In this document: positions 1 to 10,663 of the stretch, in pieces
Layout of the letters: each line of letters starts with the position of its first letter
Numbering within the stretch: the stretch's first letter is position 1
Origin: Candidatus Puniceispirillales bacterium
GTDB taxonomy: Bacteria > Pseudomonadota > Alphaproteobacteria > Puniceispirillales > GCA-002684695
Length of the DNA stretch: 64,000 nucleotides
Reading direction: 5' to 3'
Assembly (NCBI GenBank): GCA_045565515.1
Contig: JBJLFF010000004.1
Location: 1,359-65,358, forward strand
Notes under the pieces: model-generated
Seen by the model: the letters and a program-made list of their open reading frames with translations, nothing else
What the model was told of the DNA's origin: nothing
Database searches by the model: none
Position numbers and translations under genes: made by a program

Positions 1-1170
1 ATTCAATTAGTTGAGGGAGATCCATTTAACAGATTAAAGATCAGTAGGTCAGAAAAAAATATTAAAAATCTTGGTTTTTTTAAAAAGGTTAATATTAAAG
101 CTGAAACTGGCTCTAAACCAAATCAAGCAAATTTGAACATTGATGTGGAGGAACAAGCTACAGGAGATGTTTCTTTAGGTATAGCATATTCAACTTTTGA
201 TGAATTTAGTACATCTTTTGGAATTTCAGAAAAAAACTTCTTGGGAAGAGGGCAAAGAGCTAAATTTAACTTGTCTCTTTCAGACCAGAGACAAAACTTT
301 TCTGCTGGCTTGACCCAACCATATTTGTTTAACAGAAATTTAACTGGTAGTTTTGACTTATTTAACAATACAGTTACAGACACTTCAGCTGATCAAAGAA
401 CAAAGTCATTAGGATTTACATCAGGAGCAGGATTTAGTTCTGCAAATGATTTTTTTCATAACTTTAGTTATACATTACAAAATGTTGAAACAGAGAAACT
501 TGATAGTAATGATAATAAAATATCTACTGATGGAGGAAAATTGTTATCCTCACTAGGATATAGAATATCTAAAGATACAAGAGACAATAGATTTAATCCA
601 ACGAGTGGATACTATTATGCTTTATCCGAGCAGTTTGCTGGGTTAGGTGGAGATATTAATTATCTGAGTTCTATTCTTAGAGGTAGTTACTATTATAAAT
701 ATGATTATGTTGATATGGTTGTAGGTATTAGTGGTGAATATGGTAACATAGAAGGCCTTGATGAAAATGTATCAAAGACAAATAGATTTTTCTTAGGAGG
801 TAGAAAAGTTCGTGGATTTGATTCATCTGGAATAGGCCCTAGAGTTTCCGAATCTTCATCATCATCAGCTGTAGGCGGAAATAATTATTATGCTGGTAGA
901 GTCGCCTTAAGGTCAGGAATTGGTTTTCCAAGTGAAACTGGCATACAATGGACTGTTTTTACTGATTTTGGAACTTTATGGGGTGTTGATGATACTGCTG
1001 ATAACTATGCTCTCAGTACAGATTTAAAAGAAATTAGAATGTCTTTTGGTTATGGATTCCAATGGGAAACTCCAATTGGTCCTCTAACCTTTACTTGGGC
1101 AGATGCAATAAAAAAAGAACCTTACGACCAACTTCAAAAGTTTGAGTTTAGATTAGGGTCTACTTTTTAA
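1..1170 (+). CDS. bamA: Outer membrane protein assembly factor BamA, C-terminal part (5' end outside the window)
   Basis: Frame 1 is open from nt 1 (IQLVEGDPFNRLKISRSEKNIKNLGFFKKV...) into the listed ORF. Beta-barrel-type sequence ends ...KFEFRLGSTF with a terminal aromatic residue. Followed by the conserved skp-lpxD-fabZ-lpxA neighbourhood. Confidence 0.9.
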   Translation: MQLVEGDPFNRLKISRSEKNIKNLGFFKKVNIKAETGSKPNQANLNIDVEEQATGDVSLGIAYSTFDEFSTSFGISEKNFLGRGQRAKFNLSLSDQRQNFSAGLTQPYLFNRNLTGSFDLFNNTVTDTSADQRTKSLGFTSGAGFSSANDFFHNFSYTLQNVETEKLDSNDNKISTDGGKLLSSLGYRISKDTRDNRFNPTSGYYYALSEQFAGLGGDINYLSSILRGSYYYKYDYVDMVVGISGEYGNIEGLDENVSKTNRFFLGGRKVRGFDSSGIGPRVSESSSSSAVGGNNYYAGRVALRSGIGFPSETGIQWTVFTDFGTLWGVDDTADNYALSTDLKEIRMSFGYGFQWETPIGPLTFTWADAIKKEPYDQLQKFEFRLGSTF

Positions 1171-1174
1171 GATT

Positions 1175-1732
1175 ATGAAAAAAAATATTTTATTGATATT
1201 TTTAATTTTCATTCATCCAATAAATTTATATTCACATAATATAGCTATTGGATACGTTGATTTGAAATATATTTTAAAAAACTCGATACCTTCAAAAAAA
1301 TTACAAAATGAGCTGGATAAAGGTAGAGATTTATTTCAGAAATCAATCAATGAGGAGGAAGTTGCTCTAAGGCAAGCTGAAAAGGAAATCAATCAAAAAA
1401 GAGATAAAATTGATGAGGTAAATCTTCAATTTTTAATAAAAGATTTTGAAGGTAAAGTTGCATCTATACAAAGGTTGGTTCAAAAAAGTAGACAGCAGTT
1501 AGAAACTAACTTTCAACTAACCCAAAAATTAATTGCTGATACTGTAAATGATATTGTTAGAGAATTAGCAATAAAGGAAGATTTATTAATAGTTTTTAAA
1601 ACTGACAATATTATTTATGCTAATGATAAAATCAATTATACTTCTATAGTCTTAGAGGAACTTAATGCAAAAAAAGATAAATTTAACTTTGGATCAATTT
1701 ATTCTGAAATGCTTGAGAATTTAAATCAATGA
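1175..1732 (+). CDS. skp: OmpH/Skp-family periplasmic chaperone
   Basis: Signal peptide (MKKNILLIFLIFIHPINLYS), coiled-coil-rich K/E/Q sequence, conserved position between bamA and lpxD. Confidence 0.8.
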   Translation: MKKNILLIFLIFIHPINLYSHNIAIGYVDLKYILKNSIPSKKLQNELDKGRDLFQKSINEEEVALRQAEKEINQKRDKIDEVNLQFLIKDFEGKVASIQRLVQKSRQQLETNFQLTQKLIADTVNDIVRELAIKEDLLIVFKTDNIIYANDKINYTSIVLEELNAKKDKFNFGSIYSEMLENLNQ

Positions 1733-2751
1733 ATATTGATGCAAATTTCTACGGTAAAACAAACTCATTTAAATTAACTGAATTAATTGAAAATATCAAA
1801 TATACATTTCCTGAATTATATCATTCAAATATTTTAGAAAAAGATATAACTATAGAAAATTGCTCAACAATTGAAAAAGCCACAAAAAAAGAAATAGCAT
1901 TTATTGAGAATTCTAAATATATTAATTATCTTGAAAATTGCAAAGCAGGATGCGTTATTCTTGATCCAAAGTATTTGTCTTATGTAAATAATAAAAATTC
2001 ATATATTTTTAGTAAAATGCCAAGAAGAATTTTTGCTTTTGCTCTTGGTCTTTTGTCACCTGGTAAAAATTTACCAACTTTTAAAAGCTCTATTTCTAAA
2101 AATTGTATTATCAAAAAAGGTGCTCTGATTGGAAATAATGTTCAAATTGGTGATCATGTGATTATTGGAGAAAACTCTGTAATAGGAGATGGCGTATCTA
2201 TTGGGGATTACAGTGAAATAGGATCCAATTGTTCTATTAATTTTTCAAAGATTGGTCAAAATTCTCTTATATATCCAGGAGTAAGAATAGGAACTACTGG
2301 GTTTGGATTTAATTTTGATGATAAAGGAGTTTACAAATTTCCACACAGAGGAAGAGTTATTATAAAAGATAATGTTGAAATTGGTGCTAACTCCACAATT
2401 GATAGAGGGTCATTAGGTGATACAATAATAAATAGTTTTGTAATGATCGATAATTTAGTTCACGTTGCTCATAATGTCATTATTGGAAAAGGTACAGTAA
2501 TATGTGGTCAATCTGGCATTGCGGGTAGTGCTGTAATAGGTGACAATGTTATTATTGGAGCTCAAGTTGGGGTTGCTGGTCATTTAAAAATTGCATCTGG
2601 CGTAACATTATCTGCTCGCTCTGGTGTGACTAAGGATATAAATAATGCTGAATCAATGGGAGGGTTTCCTGCGATGCCAATTAAAGAATTTAGAAGACAA
2701 AAAGCAACTCTAAGCATGATAACTAAACAATTTAAACAAAAAAAGAAATAA
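1729..2751 (+). CDS. lpxD: UDP-3-O-acylglucosamine N-acyltransferase
   Basis: Long run of hexapeptide (left-handed beta-helix) repeats, e.g. IGDHVIIGENSVIGDGVSIGDYSEIGSNC; 4-nt overlap with skp; lpxD-fabZ-lpxA order. Confidence 0.92.
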   Translation: MNIDANFYGKTNSFKLTELIENIKYTFPELYHSNILEKDITIENCSTIEKATKKEIAFIENSKYINYLENCKAGCVILDPKYLSYVNNKNSYIFSKMPRRIFAFALGLLSPGKNLPTFKSSISKNCIIKKGALIGNNVQIGDHVIIGENSVIGDGVSIGDYSEIGSNCSINFSKIGQNSLIYPGVRIGTTGFGFNFDDKGVYKFPHRGRVIIKDNVEIGANSTIDRGSLGDTIINSFVMIDNLVHVAHNVIIGKGTVICGQSGIAGSAVIGDNVIIGAQVGVAGHLKIASGVTLSARSGVTKDINNAESMGGFPAMPIKEFRRQKATLSMITKQFKQKKK

Positions 2752-2752
2752 A

Positions 2753-3217
2753 ATGAATGATATAAATTTAGATTATACTCAAATATTAGAACTTATACCT
2801 CATAGACTTCCTTTTCTTCTTATAGATAAAGTTGAAAGTTTGATCCCAGATGTTTCAGTTATAGGTATTAAATCAGTAACAGCTACTGAACCGCATTTTG
2901 CTGGGCATTTCCCTAATTATCCTATAATGCCAGGTGTTCTTATAGTTGAAGCAATGGCTCAAACAGCTGGATGTTTAGTATCGTACACTGAAGGTTATGG
3001 AAAAGAAAAATCATCTGAAGGTAAATTAGTTTACTTTACAAGTATTGATAGTGCAAAATTTAGAAAACCTGTAAAACCTGGTGAAGTTTTACATCTTTAT
3101 ATTGAAAAACTTCGTGGAAGAGGTTCTCTTTGGAAGTTCTCAGGTATTGCGAAAGTAAACAGTCAAATTGTTTCAGAGTGTATATTTTCTGCTATGATTG
3201 TAGATGCAGGTAAATAA
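2753..3217 (+). CDS. fabZ: 3-hydroxyacyl-ACP dehydratase FabZ
   Basis: Hot-dog fold motifs LPHRLPFLLIDKV and HFAGHFPNYPIMPGVLIVEAMAQ. Confidence 0.95.
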   Translation: MNDINLDYTQILELIPHRLPFLLIDKVESLIPDVSVIGIKSVTATEPHFAGHFPNYPIMPGVLIVEAMAQTAGCLVSYTEGYGKEKSSEGKLVYFTSIDSAKFRKPVKPGEVLHLYIEKLRGRGSLWKFSGIAKVNSQIVSECIFSAMIVDAGK

Positions 3218-4020
3218 TGACTAATAGCTTTCATCCTACAGCAATCATTTCTGAAAAAGCTCAGATAGATAAATCTTCTTATATTGGCCCTTTTTGCGTA
3301 ATAGGGCCAAATGTTAAAATTGGTAAAAATTGTAAATTGGTAAGTAATATTACAATTGAGGGAAACACAACTATTGGCAAAAATTGTCAGTTTTTCCCAT
3401 TTTCTGTTATTGGAATGGTTCCTCAGGATTTAAAATTTAAAGGTGAAAATTCTTATTTGGTAATAGGGGATGGAAATACTTTTAGAGAGCATTCAACCGT
3501 TCATTTGGGAACAGAGGGAGGGGGAGGTTTAACTCTAATAGGCAACAATAATCTGGTAATGACTGGAACCCATATAGCTCATGATTGCAAAATTGGTAAT
3601 AATATTGTTTTATCTCATCATGTTGCACTTGCTGGGCATGTGCATATAGATGATTATGCTATTTTAAGTGCTATGGTTGGTGTTGTCCAATTCAGAAGAA
3701 TTGGAAGTTATTCTATGATTGGTGGTCTTTGTGCAGTGGATACTGATATATTACCTTTTACTATTGCAAGTGGTTCAAAAGGCTCAAGAGCATATATTAA
3801 TGGAATAAATATCATTGGAATGAAAAGGAATGGTTTCACAAAAAAAGAAATTAATAGTGCTTTAGAGGTTATAAAAATATTTTTTAATGATACAGAAACA
3901 CTTAAGAATAAAATTGAAAAATTTAAAAAAAATCAGGCAAACAAGGTAAATGAGATTATTAAAAAGTTTCTAATAATTGAAACAAAAAATGGAATATGTC
4001 ACCCTCTATCAAACCTTTAA
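3217..4020 (+). CDS. lpxA: Acyl-ACP--UDP-N-acetylglucosamine O-acyltransferase
   Basis: N-terminal IHPTAIISEKAQI plus hexapeptide repeats, helical C-terminal domain, position after fabZ. Confidence 0.93.
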   Translation: MTNSFHPTAIISEKAQIDKSSYIGPFCVIGPNVKIGKNCKLVSNITIEGNTTIGKNCQFFPFSVIGMVPQDLKFKGENSYLVIGDGNTFREHSTVHLGTEGGGGLTLIGNNNLVMTGTHIAHDCKIGNNIVLSHHVALAGHVHIDDYAILSAMVGVVQFRRIGSYSMIGGLCAVDTDILPFTIASGSKGSRAYINGINIIGMKRNGFTKKEINSALEVIKIFFNDTETLKNKIEKFKKNQANKVNEIIKKFLIIETKNGICHPLSNL

Positions 4021-4819
4021 ATCAAAAATTAGCTATAATTTCGGGATCAGGAGAATTACCTTTAAGAGTAATTAGTGGAGCTACTTTTACAGGTTGGTCA
4101 GGCGTTATTATAGACCTTTATGATGTACATAAAAATATAAACTCTAATGAATGGAAAGTTTTTAATTTCAAAATTGGTTCAATAGGTAAAATTTTCAAAA
4201 ATTACATTCTGAGCAAATAACACATATAGTGTTATGTGGTGGAATTAATAGACCTAAGCTACATGATATAAATTTAGATTTAAAAGCTCTTGATATAATG
4301 TCAAAAATTGCCTTCAAAGGAGATGATAGCGCATTGAAGATTATATCGAAAGAAATAGAAAAAGAAGGATTTAAAATTATTGCACCTAGTGAATTTATAA
4401 AAAATTCATTATTCCCTAAGGGACATATTGCTGGTCCAAGAACTATTCCAAATCTCTCTAAGGAAATAAAGAGAGGATATGGTGTTTTGAAAAATTTATC
4501 AAAAAGTGATGTTGGTCAATCTGTTGTTGTTCAAAATGGAATAGTACTAGCAGTCGAAGCCATAGAAGGTACTGATGAAATGGTTAAAAGAGCTGGTGAA
4601 TTAAAATTGACAGGTATAGGGCCTGTTTTAATTAAAGCTCCAAAAGTAAAACAGGATTTAAGGTTTGATCAGCCAACAATTGGATTAAATACAATTCAAG
4701 TTGCCTATAAAAAAGGGTTTTCAACTATAGCATGCAAGCATAGTGAAGTTTTAGTAATTGATTTGAAAAAAGTTATTGAATTAGCAAATAATAAAAATAT
4801 TACCCTTTTTGGTTTTTAG
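3996..4819 (+). CDS. lpxI: UDP-2,3-diacylglucosamine pyrophosphatase LpxI (DUF1009), reading frame broken once
   Basis: ORFs 3996-4220 (KLAIISGSGELP...) and 4229-4819 (...VLCGGINRPK..., GQSVVVQNGIVLAVEAIEGTDEMV) are the two halves of one LpxI-like protein. Adding one A to the A5 run at 4197-4201 gives a continuous ...IGKIFKKLHSEQITHIVLCGGINRP... Sits between lpxA and lpxB as in other alphaproteobacteria. Confidence 0.8.
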
Positions 4820-4822
4820 TTA

Positions 4823-5980
4823 ATGAAAAAAAAATGTGTTATTATTGCTGGTGAAATGTCAGCAGATGTTTTGGGTTCTGAAATAATTTCATCTAATCAA
4901 AATATTGATTGGTATGGTATTGGTGGACCATATATGAAACAAAAAAAATTGAAGAGTATATTTAGCTGGGAAAGAATAACTGGGTTTGGTTTGTTTGAGG
5001 TAATTTTAAAATTGCCAATACTTCTTTATAATGCTCATATTCTTGCTGATAAGATAATTCAAATAGAACCCAAACTCATAATAACAGTAGATACAAAAGG
5101 TTTTAATTTTTATTTAATTCAAATAATTAGAAAGAAAATAAAAAATAAAAGCTATATGCCTAGATTTATTCATCTTGTGGCCCCAACTGTTTGGGCTTGG
5201 CGACCAAATAGAGCTAAAAAAATATCTAAAATTGTTGATACTTTATTATGTTTATTTCCTAAAGAGCCACACTTTTTTAAAAACTTTGATCTTGATTGTT
5301 TGTTTGTTGGTCATCCTGCTGTTCAAAACTTTTCCAAACTAAAAAATAGATCTAGTATCTTCAATAAATTAGGTATAAAAGACAAAAGTGAGTTAATAAT
5401 TGCTTTATTGCCGGGAAGTAGAAAGAATGAAGTTAAAAAAACTTTACCGATACTTATTTCAGTATCTAAAATTTTAGAAACTAAAATAGAAAAACCTATA
5501 TTATTTTTATGTCAAGCTGCTCCTAATCAGGAAAACCTAATTCGGCGAATATTAATTAAATATAAAAGTGATATAATAATAGTTAAAAAAGACAATTTAG
5601 GAGAAGAAATAACTACCTCTTCGGATTTTTCTATTTTAACATCTGGTACTGCCACTCTTGAATATGCTCTAAACGGAGTGCCTAGTGTTGCTATTTATAA
5701 AACTAATTTTTTATCTGCTTTTCTTGGAAGGAAATTCATAAATATGAATAATATAATACTTCCTAATTGGATTTTAGGAAGTAGATATATGGAGTTTTTA
5801 TTTCAAGAAAATTGTAATCCTCAAAATATAGCTACAGAAATTATTAATCTTATCAAAAATAAAAATGCAATAAATAGGTCAAATATAAATGCAAAAAAAT
5901 TAAGGAAGCTTCTTACAGCAAATAAAAAAACATTTAATGAGAATGTTTATGATGTTATTCAATATCATTTAAATTTATAA
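4823..5980 (+). CDS. lpxB: Lipid-A-disaccharide synthase
   Basis: GT19-type N-terminus (VIIAGEMSADVLGSEII), about 385 aa, last gene of the lpx cluster. Confidence 0.9.
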   Translation: MKKKCVIIAGEMSADVLGSEIISSNQNIDWYGIGGPYMKQKKLKSIFSWERITGFGLFEVILKLPILLYNAHILADKIIQIEPKLIITVDTKGFNFYLIQIIRKKIKNKSYMPRFIHLVAPTVWAWRPNRAKKISKIVDTLLCLFPKEPHFFKNFDLDCLFVGHPAVQNFSKLKNRSSIFNKLGIKDKSELIIALLPGSRKNEVKKTLPILISVSKILETKIEKPILFLCQAAPNQENLIRRILIKYKSDIIIVKKDNLGEEITTSSDFSILTSGTATLEYALNGVPSVAIYKTNFLSAFLGRKFINMNNIILPNWILGSRYMEFLFQENCNPQNIATEIINLIKNKNAINRSNINAKKLRKLLTANKKTFNENVYDVIQYHLNL

Positions 5981-5982
5981 TT

Positions 5983-7275
5983 TTAATCCCTTTTATTTAT
6001 TTCTACAAAATTTCTTGTTTTAGGTCCGGTATACAATTGTCTAGGTCTTCCAATTCTTTGGTTGGGATCTTCAATCATTTCATTCCACTGAGCAACCCAT
6101 CCTACTGTTCTGGCAACTGCAAATAAAACTGTAAACATGCTAGTTGGAAACCCGATAGCTTTAAGTATTATTCCTGAATAAAAATCAACATTAGGGTAGA
6201 GTTTTTTTTCTATAAAATAATCATCTTCCATAGCTATATTCTCAAGCTTCATTGCTAAAGTTAAAAGGGGGTCATTTTTAATGCCTAAAAGGCTTAATAC
6301 TTCATGACAAGTTTTTTGCATAACTTTTGCCCTGGGATCATAGTTTTTATAAACTCTATGTCCAAAACCAAATAATCTAAAGGGATCACCTTTATCTCTA
6401 GCTTTTTTTAAATAATTTGAAATATTTTTTTCATCTTCAATTTCTCTTAGCATTTTCAATACTGCTTCATTCGCTCCTCCGTGCGCAGGTCCCCACAGTG
6501 ATGCTATGCCTGCAGAAATACATGCAAAAGGGTTTGCTCCAGATGAACCAGCTAATCTAACAGTTGATGTGGATGCATTTTGCTCATGATCAGCATGTAA
6601 AATAAAGATTTTTTCAATTGCGTCAGATAAAATCTTTTGAGATTTATATTTTTGAGCTGGAACCGAAAAGCACATTTGTAAAAAATTTTCAGCATAAGAA
6701 AGTGAGTTATCAGGATAGTTAAAAGGTTGTCCAACTGAGTATTTATATGCCATTGCAGCCAATGTAGGTATTTTTGCAATAAGTCTATTAGTTGCAATCC
6801 TCCTTTGCTCTGGGTCATTAATATCAGCACTATCATTGTAAAAAGCTGACATTGCACCAGTAGCAGCACATAATATAGCCATTGGATGGGCGTCTCTTCT
6901 GAAACCTTGATAAAAGTTAAGAATTTGCTCATGAACCATTGTGTGATTAATTATGTTAGATGAAAAATCACTAAATTGAGATTTGCTAGGGAGTTCACCA
7001 TTAAGTAACAAGAAGGCTAACTCTAAAAAAGAAGATTTTTCTGCTAGTTGTTCTATTGGGTAACCTCTGTGAAGAAGTATACCTTTATCACCATCAATAA
7101 AAGTTATCGATGACTCACATGAACTTGTAGCTCCATAACTTGGGTCATATGTAAAAAAACCAGTTTGCTCATAAAGATTTCTAATATCTGCTACATCAGG
7201 ACCCAAACTACTTTTCAGTATTTTTAATTCTCCAATTTTTTTATTATTTTTTGTTATGTGTAAGGTATCAGACAT
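5983..7275 (-). CDS. gltA: Citrate synthase
   Basis: 430 aa with the citrate synthase signature [14 protein letters not shown] and [14 protein letters not shown]. Confidence 0.95.
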   Translation of the reverse strand: MSDTLHITKNNKKIGELKILKSSLGPDVADIRNLYEQTGFFTYDPSYGATSSCESSITFIDGDKGILLHRGYPIEQLAEKSSFLELAFLLLNGELPSKSQFSDFSSNIINHTMVHEQILNFYQGFRRDAHPMAILCAATGAMSAFYNDSADINDPEQRRIATNRLIAKIPTLAAMAYKYSVGQPFNYPDNSLSYAENFLQMCFSVPAQKYKSQKILSDAIEKIFILHADHEQNASTSTVRLAGSSGANPFACISAGIASLWGPAHGGANEAVLKMLREIEDEKNISNYLKKARDKGDPFRLFGFGHRVYKNYDPRAKVMQKTCHEVLSLLGIKNDPLLTLAMKLENIAMEDDYFIEKKLYPNVDFYSGIILKAIGFPTSMFTVLFAVARTVGWVAQWNEMIEDPNQRIGRPRQLYTGPKTRNFVEINKRD

Positions 7276-7315
7276 ACTCTTTAATTTCTCCGAATTTAAT
7301 AATATATTTAAAGAA

Positions 7316-8692
7316 TTAAATATTATTTAAATTATAGTTAATTCTATTTTTAATTTCTTCCACCCCTAAAACATCTAAAATCGAAATCAAATCAATAGAA
7401 GATCCTCTTCCTGTTAGGCTAAGTCTAAGAGGCTTTCCTATTTGTTTCATTTTTATATTTTCTTGAGATAGCCATTTATTAAAATGATTCTCCATTTCAC
7501 TTTTTGATTCTATTTTACAATTTGAAAAACTTTTTATAAATAATTTTAAAAATTCAATTTCTTCATTCTCAAAATTATTTTTTTCTTTAAAAATAGCTGT
7601 ATAGTCTTCTGAATTTAGCCAATTAATTGAATTAATTATATCATTTATAGTTTCAGCTCTTTCAATAATTAATGGTAATACTTTAATTAATCTTTCTTCA
7701 AAATTAGGAGAAAAGGTAATAATTTTTTCTTTAATAAGATTAATTAAAGATTTTTGATTTTTTGATCTCATAAAATGAGAATTAATATTTTTTAACTTTG
7801 CAATATTAAATCTTGATGATGATTTTCCTATTTTATTTAATTCAAATATTTTTGATGCTTCATCTAAATCAATAAAATCCTTTTCAGGCTCTCTCCAACC
7901 TAAATTCATTAAATAAGAGTTTATACTTTCAGATAAAAATCCCATTTCTTTATATTCTTCAATTCCAAGTGCACCATGTCTTTTGGACAACTTTGCTCCA
8001 TCTTCACCATGAATTAAAGGTATATGAGCAAACGCAGGGACTTTCCAATCTAATGCTTTGTAAATCCAAAACTGACGAAAGGCATTATTAAGATGGTCAT
8101 CTCCTCTAATAATATGAGTTATTCCCATGTCGTAATCGTCAACGACTACTGCTAACATATATGTTGGTAGTCCATTGCTTCTTAATAAAACAAAATCATC
8201 TAGCTGTTTATTTGATACCCTTACATCTCCTTGTACAATATCATTTAATTCAGTTAAGCCATCATCAGGCATTTTAATTCTTACAACATAAGGTAATGAA
8301 AGGTCATAATTTTTTTTATCCCTCCATGGGCTTCTAAATGGCAAACCATTTTTGAGACAATTATTTCTTATTGTTGTTTGTTCATCATTACTTAGGAAAC
8401 ACTTATAAGCTTTATTTGTTTTTAATAATCTTTCAGCAATAAGTTTATGTTTATTTAAATTTTTAGATTGATAAATAATTTCATCGTCAGCAACTAAATT
8501 AAGCCATTCTAGTCCAGTGTTTATAGCTTCAATTGCTTCATTCGTTGAACGTACCTTATCAGTATCTTCAATTCTTAATAAGAATTTCCCTTTAAACCTT
8601 CTCGCAAATAGGTAATTAAATAAAGCTGTTCTTGCCCCACCTATATGTAGATAACCTGTAGGAGATGGTGCAAATCTTGTTATTACATTCAT
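7316..8692 (-). CDS. gltX: Glutamate--tRNA ligase
   Basis: Class I HIGH motif ([18 protein letters not shown]) and KMSKS-type [10 protein letters not shown] at 8692 preferred over the TTG at 8701 used in the ORF track. Confidence 0.93.
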   Translation of the reverse strand: MNVITRFAPSPTGYLHIGGARTALFNYLFARRFKGKFLLRIEDTDKVRSTNEAIEAINTGLEWLNLVADDEIIYQSKNLNKHKLIAERLLKTNKAYKCFLSNDEQTTIRNNCLKNGLPFRSPWRDKKNYDLSLPYVVRIKMPDDGLTELNDIVQGDVRVSNKQLDDFVLLRSNGLPTYMLAVVVDDYDMGITHIIRGDDHLNNAFRQFWIYKALDWKVPAFAHIPLIHGEDGAKLSKRHGALGIEEYKEMGFLSESINSYLMNLGWREPEKDFIDLDEASKIFELNKIGKSSSRFNIAKLKNINSHFMRSKNQKSLINLIKEKIITFSPNFEERLIKVLPLIIERAETINDIINSINWLNSEDYTAIFKEKNNFENEEIEFLKLFIKSFSNCKIESKSEMENHFNKWLSQENIKMKQIGKPLRLSLTGRGSSIDLISILDVLGVEEIKNRINYNLNNI

Positions 8693-8745
8693 AAAACGCA
8701 AATAAACTAAAATTCTTCATATTACAATATGAATATAAGAATATA

Positions 8746-9366
8746 TTAATATTTTCTAAACAATTGTTTTAGAATTCCTTGGATCTGGACTCTATCCGGT
8801 CCATAAATAACAGTTTTAAAATCAGGGTTTTCTGGTTGGAGTGCTAATTGCTGGCCACGCTTATAAATCCTTTTAAGAGTAGCTTCATTATTGTCAATTA
8901 ACGCAACTACGATTTCGCCATTTTTAGCGTCGTTACGCTTCTCTATAATAACCTGATCACCATCAAAAATACCTGCATTAATCATTGAATCACCCTCTAC
9001 CTCGAGCAAAAAGTATTCACCTTTTCCTAAAAGTGATTGAGGTATATCTATATAATTTGTATTATCTGTAATAGCCTCAATTGGATGACCAGCTGCTATT
9101 TTACCTAAAATAGGAATAGTAATACTGTTATTATTGGAGTACTTAGTTTTATTGTTTGGAAACTTTAAAACTTCTATAGCTCGCGCTCTGTTATTTAATT
9201 TCTTAATATAGCCTCTTTCTTCAAGAGCGGACAATATTCTGTGAATACCTGATTTGGATCTTAAACCTAATCCGTCTTTCATTTCATCGAAACTAGGTGT
9301 AACGTTACTTTTAAGTTGAAAATTATTAATAAATTGTAATAATTTTTCTTGTTGATGTGTAAGCAT
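8746..9366 (-). CDS. lexA: LexA repressor
   Basis: N-terminal winged-helix (LTHQQEKLLQFI...), cleavage-site region ILGKIAAGHPIEA, S24 peptidase core VEGDSM ... ATLKR. ATG at 9366 preferred; the track ORF extends to a GTG at 9390. Confidence 0.9.
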   Translation of the reverse strand: MLTHQQEKLLQFINNFQLKSNVTPSFDEMKDGLGLRSKSGIHRILSALEERGYIKKLNNRARAIEVLKFPNNKTKYSNNNSITIPILGKIAAGHPIEAITDNTNYIDIPQSLLGKGEYFLLEVEGDSMINAGIFDGDQVIIEKRNDAKNGEIVVALIDNNEATLKRIYKRGQQLALQPENPDFKTVIYGPDRVQIQGILKQLFRKY

Positions 9367-9384
9367 AGCTGTCAAACCTATTTT

Positions 9385-9399
9385 GTTCACTTTTTATTC
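9385..9399 (-). promoter_or_regulatory. Candidate LexA (SOS) box upstream of lexA
   Basis: Plus strand reads GTTC-ACTTTTT-ATTC, matching 7 of 8 specified positions of the alphaproteobacterial GTTC-N7-GTTC box. It lies 19-33 nt upstream of the lexA ATG at 9366. GGAAC follows at 9404-9408. Confidence 0.3.
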
Positions 9400-9430
9400 T
9401 ATAGGAACATAAGGTGAATATCAAGTATAA

Positions 9431-10663
9431 TTAAATTTTGTAAGGAGGTCTTAAAACGGGAACTTTTGCCCCTTTTTTCATTTTTTCTTGATAGGGCTCT
9501 CTAATTATAAAACCGTCCGACTTTGAAAAGGTTGAAATCTGACCAGAATCCTGTTTCGAAAATGGTTCTACACGGTACTCATCTTTAATATGATAAGTAA
9601 TTTTTGACCTTATATAATCTTTTCTTCGATCATTTTTTTCTAAGTCTTTATTTAATCTCATATAAACTATATCATCAGTTAATTTTTGTCCTAAGAATTT
9701 TTGAATAATTTTTTTCAAAAATACTATTGCACAAACACCTGTTGAAACTGGATTTCCAGGAAGCCCAAGAAAGGGTATACCTTTCAAGGATCCAAAAAAA
9801 ACTGGTTTTCCAGGTCTCATAGCAATTTTCCAAAAAGATAATTTAAAGTTATTTTTATTAAGTGCATTTTGAACTAAATCATAATCACCAACTGAAGCGC
9901 CACCAGTTGAAATGATTAAGTCATAGTTTTTTATTTGCTGAAAAATATCATTTAGTGAGTTTATATTATCCTTTGCTGTTGGAAGATAAAACGCTTCACC
10001 CCCAAGTTCGTTTATAAAATTATATAGAAATACACCATTTGATGAAATGATCATATCTTTTGAATTTTGATTTGTTAATTCACCAAACTTTAAAAGTTCG
10101 TCTCCAGTAGAGATAATTCCAATCCTTGGTTTGCTTCTAACGGTTGCCCATGAATTACCTGATGCAATTGATAAGGATAATTTTCTTGCATTAAGAATTT
10201 CACCCTCATTAACAAGAATTTCATTGGCCCTAAAATCTGTTCCTTTGTTCCTAACAAATAAATTATTTTTTTCTATTTTACCAATATCAACTAAAATATC
10301 TTTGTCAGAAATTAGTTTTATATCTTCTTGTAAAATAATTCTATCAGCACCATCAGGTAAGATAGCCCCAGTAAATATTCTAACTGCTTCACCAGACTTT
10401 ATTTTTTTATTAGATTTTTTCCCAGCCAAACTTTTACCAATAATTGAGAATTTTACTGTTTCATTCTTAATATCACTATTTTTAATTGCATAACCATCCA
10501 TTGATGAAACATGATCTGGAGGGTTATTTATTTTAGAAACTATAGGTTTAGATAAAGTCCTACCAAAGAGATTTATTAATGGTTCTTCATGAGAAGGTTG
10601 CAATAAAATATCTTTTAAAATTAAAGATAGAGCTTTTTCAACAGATGTTAGAGTATTAGTCAC
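9431..10663 (-). CDS. moeA: Molybdopterin molybdotransferase MoeA
   Basis: 410 aa, MoeA-type motifs (VSSMDGYA, GDELL, STGGASVGDYD, MRPGKP); GTG start overlaps the moaC stop. Confidence 0.88.
   Translation of the reverse strand: MTNTLTSVEKALSLILKDILLQPSHEEPLINLFGRTLSKPIVSKINNPPDHVSSMDGYAIKNSDIKNETVKFSIIGKSLAGKKSNKKIKSGEAVRIFTGAILPDGADRIILQEDIKLISDKDILVDIGKIEKNNLFVRNKGTDFRANEILVNEGEILNARKLSLSIASGNSWATVRSKPRIGIISTGDELLKFGELTNQNSKDMIISSNGVFLYNFINELGGEAFYLPTAKDNINSLNDIFQQIKNYDLIISTGGASVGDYDLVQNALNKNNFKLSFWKIAMRPGKPVFFGSLKGIPFLGLPGNPVSTGVCAIVFLKKIIQKFLGQKLTDDIVYMRLNKDLEKNDRRKDYIRSKITYHIKDEYRVEPFSKQDSGQISTFSKSDGFIIREPYQEKMKKGAKVPVLRPPYKI

Noticed and set aside
6552-6932. 126-aa ORF inside gltA on the same strand in another frame
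   Set aside because: Fully nested in the well-supported citrate synthase frame. Its low-complexity L/Q/K-rich product has no recognisable motif, so it is an overlapping-frame artefact.
10131-10493. Remaining short antisense or overlapping ORFs in the track (e.g. 123-383, 10131-10493, 11177-11380, 11726-11935, 12707-12910, 15020-15431, 19644-19889, 24968-25375, 25737-26438, 31074-31370, 31693-32052, 35959-36240, 36906-37091, 37348-37716, 37803-38021, 39006-39236, 39607-39963, 40862-41050, 43570-43938, 46788-47003, 47487-47738, 50694-50909, 52116-52319, 53495-53686, 58804-59028, 59911-60177, 60210-60527, 60491-60724, 63718-63999)
   Set aside because: Each is nested in or antisense to a gene with clear homology-type evidence. 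None shows a recognisable motif, so all were treated as non-coding shadows.
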